Origin: a virus
Taxonomy: Duplodnaviria > Caudoviricetes
Length of the DNA: 47,583 bases
Direction: 5' to 3' (one strand)
IMG/VR virus record: IMGVR_UViG_3300032233_003111
Coordinates: 1-47,583 of that record
The translations under genes were made by a program, and so were the position numbers. The notes below the pieces were generated by a model, which worked only from the letters and a program-made list of their open reading frames with translations, searched no databases and was not told the origin of the DNA. Below, one piece after another: positions 19,526 through 29,369 of the stretch (positions within the stretch are counted from its first letter, which is position 1; the number at the start of each line of letters is the position of its first letter).

Positions 19526-21050
19526 AATCTTAGTAGCTGAAAATATAGCCTTTAAAAGAATTGGTCGTGAGGTTGTAACGATTTGCCCATGGCATTCTGA
19601 TACAAATCCGTCTCTTACGGTTAATGATGACAAGAATATTTGCTTCTGTTTTGCTTGCGGTGGTGGCAGCGATGGCATCGCCTATGTGCAGCAGAAATTT
19701 GGCTTAACATTTTCTGAGGCTATTGAAAGAATTGCGCAAAAGCACGCAATCGTAATAGAGTATGATGATATTGATATAGAAGAATCATTGCGACTTGCTG
19801 CAGAACGCAAGAAGCTTGTTGACTCTGTGAAGTCTGATCACGAGAAGTATAGAATTTGCCTGCGTAATGAGGTAACAGGCTTCAGGGCTCGTCAATGGCT
19901 GATCGGTAGAGATATCGAGCCATCTACATCGAGAGAATTTGGGATTGGGTGGGCGCCAAGTGGCTACTTTGCTGATCGTGTCGTGGTTCCAATTCATGAC
20001 CATCGAGGTACGATCGTCGGCTTTACTGGAAGACGTATTTCTGAAGATAGTTCACCCCAGAAATATAAGAATTCAGCGTCCAGCCAACTCTTCGACAAGG
20101 GTGCATTGATATTCAATGAGCACAGAGCTCTAGAGCAAGCTAGAATAGCTGGTTATGTTGTTTTTGTAGAGGGGCATTTTGATGTTATTTCCCTGTGGCA
20201 ACATGGGATCAAGAATGTCGTGGCCACGCAAGGCACTGCTGGACCGTCAAGGGAATCAATCAAGAGACTGATGAGGCAATGCCGTAGATTTGTTCTTTGC
20301 TATGACGGGGATAGTGGTGGCAACAAGGCTATCGAGCATTTCCTAAAGGTTGCAGGACCATTGGCCTGTCAGGGTGAGCTTACTATTACAATTGCTCAAT
20401 TACCTGAAGGAAAGGATCCTGATGATTGCATTAGGAATGGAATTGATATTCATGCTATTATTGAGTCTGCTCCGCAATGGCTTGACTGGCAAATAGATTG
20501 CTGGCTCAGGAATGTTGACAGATCTGATACTCACAGATTTTCGCTTATCGAGAAAGCGATTCGAGAACTTGTTGAGTCTATTAAGTCACCCGCTCTGCGT
20601 CAGTTTTATGTCGATAAGGCCTCTAAGGTATTAGCCGAAGATAGCAAAAGCGCCGCCAAGCTTGCACAATCTTGGAATAAAACACTTCCCAAAATTTTTC
20701 ATGCGGGAAGTTGGTCAAGGCCAGTTCCTTCCTGGGTGAGAACACAAGTAGAAAGGCGAGTACTGCGATCCTATATTCATATTCCAGAAACTCGTCAAAA
20801 GCTTAAGCCATTAATGGATAGGCTTAATGGGCCATCTCATATTTGGCTTTGGAAAAGACTCGAAGAGCTCGAACGGTTTGCTGCTGACGTAACACCAGAT
20901 ATGGTCATGTCAATTCTCGCCGTTTGCGAACCGCACTACACTCGTACGCTTAGGTCTATTGTTGTTCCAACCATTAAGGTGCTCAATCAGGATGGTATAA
21001 TCGAACATGCAGAGCATGTGCTGTCGAGCACCATTGAAGCTGATGTCTGA
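19473..21050 (+). CDS. dnaG: DNA primase
   Basis: CHC2 zinc finger (CPWH..CFAC), KYKNS, TOPRIM VEGHFDV, CYDGD, KDPDD. Confidence 0.95.
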   Translation: MLTKESTVQKIRQVPISEILVAENIAFKRIGREVVTICPWHSDTNPSLTVNDDKNICFCFACGGGSDGIAYVQQKFGLTFSEAIERIAQKHAIVIEYDDIDIEESLRLAAERKKLVDSVKSDHEKYRICLRNEVTGFRARQWLIGRDIEPSTSREFGIGWAPSGYFADRVVVPIHDHRGTIVGFTGRRISEDSSPQKYKNSASSQLFDKGALIFNEHRALEQARIAGYVVFVEGHFDVISLWQHGIKNVVATQGTAGPSRESIKRLMRQCRRFVLCYDGDSGGNKAIEHFLKVAGPLACQGELTITIAQLPEGKDPDDCIRNGIDIHAIIESAPQWLDWQIDCWLRNVDRSDTHRFSLIEKAIRELVESIKSPALRQFYVDKASKVLAEDSKSAAKLAQSWNKTLPKIFHAGSWSRPVPSWVRTQVERRVLRSYIHIPETRQKLKPLMDRLNGPSHIWLWKRLEELERFAADVTPDMVMSILAVCEPHYTRTLRSIVVPTIKVLNQDGIIEHAEHVLSSTIEADV

Positions 21051-21273
21051 GCAAAGTCCTAACTATTATCTTCTTCACGTTAGTGAAGACTGCCCATGGT
21101 GCCTTCGAGCAAAGGCGCTCCTGGAGCACTATAGTGCGTCCTATCAGACGACCATAGAAAGGTGTGAGGAGTGGGCAACCGTACCGGCGATCTACAAGGT
21201 AGGACCAGATGGCCAGGAGCTCATTGGCGGATACGACCAGCTTTGCGCCCTTTCATTTGAAGGCGAGCTCTGA
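21043..21273 (+). CDS. Glutaredoxin
   Basis: CPWC, TVPAI, IGGYD. Confidence 0.85.
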   Translation: MSEQSPNYYLLHVSEDCPWCLRAKALLEHYSASYQTTIERCEEWATVPAIYKVGPDGQELIGGYDQLCALSFEGEL

Positions 21274-21333
21274 AGGTTGTGCTTGACGACAGTTGGGATC
21301 CTATGCTACGCTACGTAGGCCCAACCGAATTTT

Positions 21334-21540
21334 ATGTCTGAAACAAATCCGCTAAAACTGTCCTTGAACCAAGAGTTCGAGAAGGAACGTTTCGGCAGAG
21401 CAATCGAAGATTCAACAAGTGTTGAAGAACTTCGGAAGATTGCTCGCGTGCTCCTCGATGGATGGTACACTCAACGCGCTGCAACGCAATGGATGCTGAA
21501 GCAAGCGCTTAGCGGTCCCGTCAGCAACACCAAATCCTAA
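21334..21540 (+). CDS. nblA: NblA-like phycobilisome degradation protein
   Basis: 68 aa, LSLNQEF (cf. NblA LSLEQQF), two-helix pattern. Has its own promoter TTGACG...TGCTACGCT. Confidence 0.6.
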   Translation: MSETNPLKLSLNQEFEKERFGRAIEDSTSVEELRKIARVLLDGWYTQRAATQWMLKQALSGPVSNTKS

Positions 21541-21557
21541 TCCTACTTGACACAGCA

Positions 21558-21695
21558 ATGAAATCCTCTAACAAGAAAACCCTGAGCGGCGCAACTATCC
21601 GAATCGAGCGGATTGGAAAGAAAAGTCGGCAAGGAAACGGTCTTCGCTCTAAGCCTAAAGTTGGCAAAAAGCGTTATCGCGGACAAGGCCGCTAA
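21558..21695 (+). CDS. Small basic protein (45 aa, KKSRQGNG...KKRYRGQGR)
   Basis: Read manually (below ORF-track cutoff). TAATG coupling to the next gene. Confidence 0.65.
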   Translation: MKSSNKKTLSGATIRIERIGKKSRQGNGLRSKPKVGKKRYRGQGR

Positions 21696-21997
21696 TGACG
21701 ATTGATTCTTCATTTGAATCAACAGTTGATCGCAGTGTCCAGCTTGTGCTGGACATGATCAACAATTTCAGGTACGACGAAGCGTCATTGTTTCTTTTTA
21801 ATCTTCATAAGCTTCATGTTGAAGAGTGGAGCAATGTAAAGAAACAATTGATAAAAGTTGCTGATCAACACCAGCTCTCAACACTAGCAACAATTATTGA
21901 TTGTTCTTGTAGACAAGAACTTTCTTCATGTAATGCGTTGATTCCTGGTCTTAGCCAGTATACTCATTACGTCGAGGATATCGAACTGTTCGACTAA
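21695..21997 (+). CDS. Hypothetical protein
   Basis: 100-aa ORF coupled to the previous stop. Confidence 0.55.
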   Translation: MTIDSSFESTVDRSVQLVLDMINNFRYDEASLFLFNLHKLHVEEWSNVKKQLIKVADQHQLSTLATIIDCSCRQELSSCNALIPGLSQYTHYVEDIELFD

Positions 21998-22044
21998 TTT
22001 TGTTTGCCTTAAGGCAGACTAACTTTGCTGTCTCTTTTTCTAAA

Positions 22045-25000
22045 ATGTCCGAATTTCGCGATTCTGCGCCATCCGCTCCTGCAGTTTTCTATCGAAGCTA
22101 TTCTCGCCGTAAGCAAGATGGCACTCGTGAATCATTTGCTGAAGCCATCACTAGAACAGTTAATGATCTTGCTGATGTTGGTCAATTGACGGATGCTCAA
22201 CGTGAGCTTTGTCTTGAAATGGGCCTCAAGCAGCATGCATTTCCCAGTGGTCGTGCGCTGTGGGTTGCTGGCACTAATTGGTCTAAGCAACCGGAAAACT
22301 TCCCCGGCTACTACAACTGCCAGTCTGGCTTTATTGATGAAGTCTCCATGTTTGGCCTGCTCATGGAGCTTGCCATGTGCGGCACTGGAACTGGTGCCGT
22401 TCTTGAACAGGATGTAGTAGATAAGCTTCCTGTCGTCGTCAATAATATTTCAGTCGCTGGCCACGTCGATAACGAGGGTAAGGAAGGTGGACAGGAGAGT
22501 ACGGAGATCTACTACGATGATGAAACAGGCCTGTTTGTTATTACTGTTGGCGACTCACGTCGTGGCTGGGTAGACGCTTACCAAGGTCTTATCGAGCTTT
22601 CCATGGGCTTGCGTGAGGAGCTTGCTGAACACTACGAGGCGCTGGATGGTAACATTGATGTTCTGCTCGACCTGAGTCAGGTAAGGCAGGCTGGTGAGCC
22701 TTTGAAAGGCTTTGGTGGTGTTGCCAATCCGATCAGGCTGCTCACGACACTGGAGCGGGTTGCGGCAGTACTCAGCAAGGCGCATGGTCGCAAGTTGACT
22801 GCACTGGAGTGTTGCTTGCTGATTGATGAAGCAGCAAGTGCCGTTGTTGCTGGAAATATTCGTCGCAGCGCAGGAATGCGTCAGTTCAGTGAGCACGACG
22901 AAGAAGCTGCCAGTGCCAAGCTCAACCTGTATTGCCAAGATGAAAATGGCAACTGGAGCGTCGATCCAGAGCGCGAAGCATTGCGTATGGCAAATCATAC
23001 CCGTACGTGGCATCACAAGCCGACGTACGAGGAGATCCTGGATGCTGTAACCAAGCAGTATTATAGTGGTGAAGGGGCTATCCAATATGTTCCAGAAGCC
23101 ATTGCCAGGGCTAATGCAGATCTTCTCGATACAAAAGACAAAAAGTCTTTGTTCTTGAATATCTACTGCAATGATGGCAAGGAATTGGCGACAAATTATC
23201 TTGCACAACTTGCCGAAGAAAAAGGTGAGCCATTCGATGATAAGATTATCTACCATCGGATGCATCGCTATGGCCTTAATCCGTGCGCTGAAATTCTTCT
23301 TAAGGATAACTTATGCGTGGCTGGGGATACTCCGATTATTACGTCTGATGGAATTCATGAAATCAGAGACATTGTTGGCAAAGAGGTCAAAATTTGGAAC
23401 GGTGAGGAGTTCAGTCAAGTCACTCCATTTAAGACTGGTGAAGCAGACAAGCTTTATAGGGTAGAGTTTAGCGATGGAACATTCCTCGATGTAACTAGCG
23501 CTCACAAGTTTTGGGTTAAGCATCGCTTTATGAAGGACTATGTAGAGAAAACGACAGAAGACCTTATGGATCTTGTCGCTTCTTCAAGGTACAAGTTCCA
23601 TACAGAGCCCTTTGTTATCTCTGATCATCCCGGTATCAGCAATCCGCTTGCCTATACGATCGGAGTATTGGTCGGTGATGGAACTGTTCATCCCGATGGA
23701 TATGTATATCTTAAATTGTACGGTAAAAAATCGGAACTTCCTGTTAAGTGTTCTAACAAGGTTGGGCCTATCTATCAAAAGGGTTATAATGTTGAGCGCT
23801 TTGATTGTAAGGGTTTTGACGGAATTTCGCCGACAATGATCAAAGCAGCGAAATATGATCATAAGGCGTTGCTGGAAATTGGAAAGTGGGACAGGGAATC
23901 AATTCTCCAATTCATTGCTGGACTGGCTGATACCGATGGAAGCAATACGGATCACAATGGTATCAGAATTTATGTCTCTAACCGGAAACGCGCAGAGGCA
24001 ATTTACTTGCTTCTGCTGAAATGCGGCATTGGTTCTTCGGTTAATTTAATGGCAAGAGCTGGCGAAGTTACCATTATGGGAGTTAGGTCAGACGACATCT
24101 TCTATTTGCAGGTAACTGACTGTCGGACCATTCCCTGCAAGAGGCTTGATACATCGAAAGGATGCAAGCCAACCCACAAGGGCAAGAATCAGTGTATTAA
24201 CGCTGTCTACCCACTTGCCGGTCGCCATGAAACATATTGTTTCACTGAAGACAAACGTCACAAAGGTGTTTTCAAGGGCACGCTGACTGGGCAGTGCAAT
24301 CTTTCTGAGGTGCATCTTAACACATTATCTTTTAATGGCATTGAGGAGCAAAAACGCGCATTCTATGCTGGTGGACTTCAGGTAGCATCACTTCTTCAGC
24401 ATCGTTTTGTTAATGATCGTCTTCAATACAGTCGCGAAAATGATCCAATCGTTGCAGTAAGTTTTACTGGCTTGTTTGACTTCTTTGTTCATACTCTTGG
24501 CGTGAACTGGTTATCCTGGATGATGAAAGGACGGCCTACCGGCAAGGCTTACAAGGAATTTACTAAAAAGGAACAGTTGTACCTTGAAGCGTGGCGTGAT
24601 GCTGCTAAGCAAGCAGTCATTGATTACTGTACCGAGCAAAACATTCGCATTCCAAATCGTTATACGGCAGTACAGCCCGCTGGTTCAAAGTCATTGCTGA
24701 CTGGAGCATCATCTGGTTGGCATCCGCCAAAAGCACAACGCTTTATCCGACGTATTACCTTTGGAAAACATGATCCGCTTGTAGCGGCACTTCGTGACTA
24801 TGGTTACAATGTAATCCCAGCACAATCTGCTCGCGACGAAGACGGTAATCTTCTCAATGATATTAATGACGAACGCGTGCATGAAGTACTGGTAGAAATT
24901 CCTACAGAAGTATCATGGGCAAATCTGCCAGGAGCTGATCAGTATGATTTAAACCAATTGCCCATCGAAGCGCAATGGGGTCTTTACATGCAAGTACAGC

Positions 25001-25371
25001 GTCATTATACTACGCATACGACGAGTGCAACCCTTGAATACAGGGAGCATGAAATTGAAACCCTTGCGCGTCTTGTCTTTAATGACATTAAGAGCGATGG
25101 TGGTTATATTTCTGTTGCACTTCTTGCACGTTTTGATGCAAATGCAACATTCCCTCGTTTGCCATTTGAGCCAATCGATAAGAATGCTTACGATCGGCTC
25201 ATGGCACAGATCAAAGCCTATCGGTCAGTTCTTCCTGCTGATACATCGATCCTTGATCTGCTTGAGCCCTACGACCGGCCTGATCATATCCTTGAACCCC
25301 AAGATACGGCATGTACGAACGCAGCGTGTCTCGCTAAGGCTGAGCAAGACGAAGCCAGGGGCTTGACCTGA
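22045..25371 (+). CDS. nrdJ: Class II (adenosylcobalamin) ribonucleotide reductase, monomeric RTPR-type, with intein
   Basis: PSGRALW, YNC, VAGNIRRSA, NPCAEI...CNLSEV, TAVQPAGSKSLL, C-terminal CxxxxC. Confidence 0.92.
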   Translation: MSEFRDSAPSAPAVFYRSYSRRKQDGTRESFAEAITRTVNDLADVGQLTDAQRELCLEMGLKQHAFPSGRALWVAGTNWSKQPENFPGYYNCQSGFIDEVSMFGLLMELAMCGTGTGAVLEQDVVDKLPVVVNNISVAGHVDNEGKEGGQESTEIYYDDETGLFVITVGDSRRGWVDAYQGLIELSMGLREELAEHYEALDGNIDVLLDLSQVRQAGEPLKGFGGVANPIRLLTTLERVAAVLSKAHGRKLTALECCLLIDEAASAVVAGNIRRSAGMRQFSEHDEEAASAKLNLYCQDENGNWSVDPEREALRMANHTRTWHHKPTYEEILDAVTKQYYSGEGAIQYVPEAIARANADLLDTKDKKSLFLNIYCNDGKELATNYLAQLAEEKGEPFDDKIIYHRMHRYGLNPCAEILLKDNLCVAGDTPIITSDGIHEIRDIVGKEVKIWNGEEFSQVTPFKTGEADKLYRVEFSDGTFLDVTSAHKFWVKHRFMKDYVEKTTEDLMDLVASSRYKFHTEPFVISDHPGISNPLAYTIGVLVGDGTVHPDGYVYLKLYGKKSELPVKCSNKVGPIYQKGYNVERFDCKGFDGISPTMIKAAKYDHKALLEIGKWDRESILQFIAGLADTDGSNTDHNGIRIYVSNRKRAEAIYLLLLKCGIGSSVNLMARAGEVTIMGVRSDDIFYLQVTDCRTIPCKRLDTSKGCKPTHKGKNQCINAVYPLAGRHETYCFTEDKRHKGVFKGTLTGQCNLSEVHLNTLSFNGIEEQKRAFYAGGLQVASLLQHRFVNDRLQYSRENDPIVAVSFTGLFDFFVHTLGVNWLSWMMKGRPTGKAYKEFTKKEQLYLEAWRDAAKQAVIDYCTEQNIRIPNRYTAVQPAGSKSLLTGASSGWHPPKAQRFIRRITFGKHDPLVAALRDYGYNVIPAQSARDEDGNLLNDINDERVHEVLVEIPTEVSWANLPGADQYDLNQLPIEAQWGLYMQVQRHYTTHTTSATLEYREHEIETLARLVFNDIKSDGGYISVALLARFDANATFPRLPFEPIDKNAYDRLMAQIKAYRSVLPADTSILDLLEPYDRPDHILEPQDTACTNAACLAKAEQDEARGLT
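23314..24294 (+). mobile_element. Intein (327 aa) with LAGLIDADG homing endonuclease, C-terminal Gln
   Basis: Starts CVAGDT. Block B VTSAHKF. LAGLIDADG motifs IGVLVGDG and IAGLADTDG. Block F TYCFTE. Ends GTLTGQ|CNL. Confidence 0.9.
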
Positions 25372-25393
25372 AGGTGGTTGCTGGGTTAGACTG

Positions 25394-25417
25394 ACGGGGC
25401 CTTGAGCCCCGTTTTTT
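25394..25417 (+). terminator. Intrinsic terminator
   Basis: ACGGGGC-CTTGA-GCCCCGT-TTTTT after nrdJ. Confidence 0.65.
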
Positions 25418-25693
25418 ATGATCGATCCAAAAACGCTAGAAAAGTGGGGATACACGCTAGAAAGACACAGCCATTACAGTGCAAAAACGCAAGCTGCAGT
25501 ACATGCTTTTCAAGTTTGTTTTGCAAGCTTCCAGGCACTGAAAAAGTCTGATTGGAATGCAGCGACTTACTGGTCCAATGAAGCACAAGATGCGTGGAAC
25601 AGGTTGGTAAAATGTCGTCGAGAGGAAACCGGCCAAGCTTTTTACCTCGATTCAAAACAGTACCAGGAGGCAGTACATGAGCTCGCTCGTTGA
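25418..25693 (+). CDS. Hypothetical protein
   Basis: 91-aa ORF overlapping the dcd start. Confidence 0.6.
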   Translation: MIDPKTLEKWGYTLERHSHYSAKTQAAVHAFQVCFASFQALKKSDWNAATYWSNEAQDAWNRLVKCRREETGQAFYLDSKQYQEAVHELAR

Positions 25694-26189
25694 TTGGCAA
25701 ATTGAAGAATTGTGCAAAGAGCATCAACTTGTATCTCCTTACAATGAACTTCAATTAAATCCTGCATCTTACGATGTCTTGCTTGGCGACAAGATCTTGA
25801 TCGAGCGTCCGCCTGTTAATGGTCTTCGAGCATGGCAAGAAATCGATATTCTTGAAAAGCCATATCAACTTGTGCCGGGAGAGCTTATCCTTGGCTGTAC
25901 TAACGAATTAGTTAATATACCAAGTCATCTTGAGGCCGTGTTCTGCCTTAAAAGTAGCCGTGGTCGCGAGGGATTTGATCATGTGCTTAGCGCATATATC
26001 GATCCTGGCTTCAGTGGAAAGATTACCTTAGAATTGCACAATAGCAATAGGTTTAATAATTTAAAGCTTTACGCAGGTCTTCGGATCGGTCAACTTCGGT
26101 TTTCCACCTTAAGTGAAAGACCTCGCAAGTCATACGATGTTACCGGTCGGTATCATTTAGACATGAAAGCCGAACCTTCCAAGGGGTGA
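25677..26189 (+). CDS. dcd: dCTP deaminase
   Basis: LNPASYDV, KSSRGREG, IDPGFSGKITLE, RIGQL, GRY. Confidence 0.9.
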   Translation: MSSLVDWQIEELCKEHQLVSPYNELQLNPASYDVLLGDKILIERPPVNGLRAWQEIDILEKPYQLVPGELILGCTNELVNIPSHLEAVFCLKSSRGREGFDHVLSAYIDPGFSGKITLELHNSNRFNNLKLYAGLRIGQLRFSTLSERPRKSYDVTGRYHLDMKAEPSKG

Positions 26190-26388
26190 TCATACTTATT
26201 GAATTCTATCGTAGAAGTCCGTCTTGGTATTGGCTTCGTTACATAACAAGCGATCCGCTAAGGCTTTCCCTTGGCGGACGTTTTTATGGTGAAGACTTTT
26301 GGTTTCGTTTGAATATAGGTTGGTATGATATGCAGCCATGATTACTGGAAACCTAATCTAGGCCGATGCGCAGCGGCCATATAGAGGC

Positions 26389-27846
26389 ATGGAAGTTACG
26401 CATCCAATCAACGATGAGTCGTTGGTCAGTTATCATCGTCCAGAGCTTATCGCCTTATTGCCTGGGCTTGAACTGGCTTTAGATTGCTGGAATCTTCTTG
26501 ATACCGGTGGAAGAGGATCCGAGAAAAGTAAGTATCTTCACAAGGAAGTAGGCGAACCTAAGTCTGCCTATGAAGAAAGATTACATAGATCTACTTACAC
26601 GCCTATCTTTCGAGATTCAATTAGAGCATACGCTGGTCTTTTAAGTAGATTTCAGTTAATAGATGTTCCATCGACGATGCTGTCGGCAGAACAAAATATT
26701 GACACGCAAGGATCTAGTGTCCAAAGTTTTTGGAATAGTTGTGACGAGCTAGCAATTAGAGATGGTGGTGTGTATATCATGGTCGATATGCCTCCTTCTG
26801 ATGGCGAGACAAATTATATTGATGAAATGCGTAATAATAGAACACCATATCAAATTCAAATAGAAAGACGTGATGTTATTAATTGGTCTGTCGAATACAT
26901 TCGTGGCAGAGAATTTGTTCGCCACGTAACTGTTAGACAAATTAGATCAATGATGTCACCAAATGGTTATGGTGCAATTATTGAGCCGGTTTATCTTGTG
27001 ATGAAGCCTGGTTCTGTTGAAACATTTAGATTAGAAAGACGCGATAATCGCTGGATTCAAATTAGTGAAGGAATTATTCCAACAACTCTTCCTGTCGTTC
27101 CAATTAAATGGTACGGAGCTTCAAGTTCTAGATTTGCTCAGGGTGATCTTCCAATGAATGGATTAGCTGAATTAAGTATTCAGCATTATCAAATGCGGAG
27201 TGATCTTCAGGAATTGTTGCATAAATGCGCAATGCCAGTCCCCGTAAGGAAAGGAGCGCCAATTGGAGCGAATGGCAGGCCAGCACCGCTTGTTATCGGC
27301 CCCAATACCGCTGTTGATCTTCAGGACAATGGTGATTTTGGATTTGCTGAGCCAACTGGCAGAAGCCTGGAACGTCACCAGGCTGAGATCAATCACGTCG
27401 AAGCCTTGATGGATAGATCTGGTCTTAATTTCCTTTATGGAGCAAATATTAAGACTGCAACGGAAGCATCTCTGCGAGCCTCGCAGATTTCCAGTCAAGT
27501 AAGCTCCCTAATCAGGAACAAGGTTTCCAGCTTCTCTGGTGTGATGAGACTTTGGGCTGCTTATGCTGGTGAACTTGGTACTCTGAAACCCGAGTCTGGT
27601 ATTGCTATTAATGATTCGTTGATTAATCGTCCGATTGATCCGAGTGGCATTGCTCAAATGGTTAACCTATACAAAACTGGCCTCCTTAGTAGGAAAACAG
27701 TGCTCGATGAGTTGCAAAGGGGTGGTATTCTGGATCCGGACATGAAAATTGACGCTGAACTGCAGCGCATTGACGATGAGCAAAACCCAGAGCCGCAACC
27801 CCAGCAACCGGCAGTACCAGAAGCGGCTCCCGTCGCCAAAGCCTGA
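26389..27846 (+). CDS. Portal protein (DUF4055-like)
   Basis: KYLHKE..E..SAYEERL, LAELSIQHYQMRSD, KTATEA, LSRKTVLDELQRGGIL. Late motif at 26347. Confidence 0.75.
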   Translation: MEVTHPINDESLVSYHRPELIALLPGLELALDCWNLLDTGGRGSEKSKYLHKEVGEPKSAYEERLHRSTYTPIFRDSIRAYAGLLSRFQLIDVPSTMLSAEQNIDTQGSSVQSFWNSCDELAIRDGGVYIMVDMPPSDGETNYIDEMRNNRTPYQIQIERRDVINWSVEYIRGREFVRHVTVRQIRSMMSPNGYGAIIEPVYLVMKPGSVETFRLERRDNRWIQISEGIIPTTLPVVPIKWYGASSSRFAQGDLPMNGLAELSIQHYQMRSDLQELLHKCAMPVPVRKGAPIGANGRPAPLVIGPNTAVDLQDNGDFGFAEPTGRSLERHQAEINHVEALMDRSGLNFLYGANIKTATEASLRASQISSQVSSLIRNKVSSFSGVMRLWAAYAGELGTLKPESGIAINDSLINRPIDPSGIAQMVNLYKTGLLSRKTVLDELQRGGILDPDMKIDAELQRIDDEQNPEPQPQQPAVPEAAPVAKA

Positions 27847-27847
27847 T

Positions 27848-28048
27848 ATGGTAACCGCCAGAATTGAGTTCAAGTCTGGCTACGGCAAAGATTTTTGTCC
27901 TGGCACGAACCAAGACGTCATTGAAATGCGTTTTGAGTCTGTTGAGTCTTTGATTGAGACGCTCCGGGAATTCGAGCAGTACATCTACAACTGCACAGCC
28001 CAGGTCAATGGTAAGATCATTGATCTGAGAAATATCTCTGGCAATTGA
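27848..28048 (+). CDS. Hypothetical protein
   Basis: ATG 1 nt after the portal stop; 66 aa. Confidence 0.6.
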   Translation: MVTARIEFKSGYGKDFCPGTNQDVIEMRFESVESLIETLREFEQYIYNCTAQVNGKIIDLRNISGN

Positions 28049-28049
28049 T

Positions 28050-29369
28050 CACTGGCTGTTCTGGGATACAAACCCCGTCCTTCAGGACGGCTTTTCCTGA
28101 GACTCCACATACTCCCTGAAAGGATGAAGCAACGCTACCGCTACCGGCTCTACCCCCACCCGCATCAGCAGGTGGCGCTGGCTCGTGCGTTCGGCTGCGC
28201 CCGTGTGGTGTGGAACGACGCCCTGGCCAAGAGCCGTGAGCTGTATGCCGCTGGGCAAAAGACCAGCTACCCCGTCCTGGCCAAGCTCTGCATCACGCAG
28301 GCCAAACAGACGCCAGAGCGGCAGTGGCTGGCGGAGCCCAGTAATGTGGTGCTGCAGCAGTCCGTGCGCGACCTCGATCAGGCGTACCGCAACTGGTGGG
28401 CCAGCCTGAAAGGCAAGCGCAAGGGCGCGAAGGTCAAACCACCACGCTTCAAGAAGCGCCGGGGTGCGCAGTCCGTTCGCTTCATGTCCCATGTGTTCCG
28501 CACAGGGGAAAGGACACTGACGCTCAGCAAAATCGGCCCGGTGCCGATTGAGTGGAGCCGGGATCTGCCTTCGGACCCAAGCAGTGTCACCGTCATCCGC
28601 GATGCAAGCGGGCGATTCTTCGCCAGCTTCGTTGTGGAGGTTGAGCCGACTCCCCTACCAGCGAATGGCAAGGCGGTTGGTATCGATCTGGGCTTGGCAT
28701 CCCTCGCCGTCACTTCCGACGGTGAAAAGCTGGCCCCGCCAAGGTTCCTGCGCTCTGCGCTTAAGCGACTGCGGCGGCTACAGCGCAACCTGAAGCACAA
28801 GCAACGGGGCTCCAATCGCTTGGCCATCGCCAGGCGCAAGGTAGCCAAGCTGCACGCCAAGGTTGGCGATCGGCGCCTCGACTATCTGCATCAGCTTTCG
28901 ACTCGCATCATCCGTGAGAACCAAACGGTGGTGCTGGAAGACCTGAATGTGTCGGGGATGCTGAAGAACAGGAAGCTGGCCCGCTCGATTGCCGATGCAG
29001 GCTGGCGTCAGCTACGGATCCTGCTGGAGTCCAAGGCTGAGCAGTACGGGCGTGAAGTGGTGGTCATCAACCGATGGCTCCCCACCAGCCAGGTGTGCTC
29101 AACCTGCGGACATCACGACGGCAAGAAGGATCTGTCGGTTCGGGAGTGGCAGTGCCCGAGCTGCGGAACGGTCCACGACCGTGACATCAACGCTGCTTTG
29201 AACATTCTCGCCGCCGGACTGGCGGAGAGTCGAAACGGGCGTGGAGCCACGCATCAGTCCACCGCTTCGGTGGCAGCAGGCTGTGAAGCGCCAACCCACC
29301 CGATCGCTGAGGCATCCCCATGCGCAGCGTAGAAGGAATCTCCGCCGTTCACGGCGGGGAGGAAGTCAA
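28050..29369 (+). mobile_element. Non-autonomous IS200/IS605-family (IS1341-type, TnpB-only) element
   Basis: Target TTGAT at 28045-28049. Left hairpin CCGTCC-TTCA-GGACGG at 28075-28090. Right guide GAAT at 29336, hairpin 29340-29359, terminal TCAA 29366-29369. GC-richer than flanks. Confidence 0.88.
28124..29332 (+). CDS. tnpB: RNA-guided endonuclease TnpB
   Basis: YRYRLYP HTH, FGCARVVWN, RuvC GIDLG / VVLEDL / DRDINAALNI, zinc finger CSTCG...CPSCG. Confidence 0.95.
   Translation: MKQRYRYRLYPHPHQQVALARAFGCARVVWNDALAKSRELYAAGQKTSYPVLAKLCITQAKQTPERQWLAEPSNVVLQQSVRDLDQAYRNWWASLKGKRKGAKVKPPRFKKRRGAQSVRFMSHVFRTGERTLTLSKIGPVPIEWSRDLPSDPSSVTVIRDASGRFFASFVVEVEPTPLPANGKAVGIDLGLASLAVTSDGEKLAPPRFLRSALKRLRRLQRNLKHKQRGSNRLAIARRKVAKLHAKVGDRRLDYLHQLSTRIIRENQTVVLEDLNVSGMLKNRKLARSIADAGWRQLRILLESKAEQYGREVVVINRWLPTSQVCSTCGHHDGKKDLSVREWQCPSCGTVHDRDINAALNILAAGLAESRNGRGATHQSTASVAAGCEAPTHPIAEASPCAA

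Noticed and set aside
28050-29369. IStron (group I intron-IS hybrid), prompted by the 1320-nt in-frame length
   Set aside because: Only about 74 nt precede tnpB, too short for a ribozyme core, and the element does not end in G.
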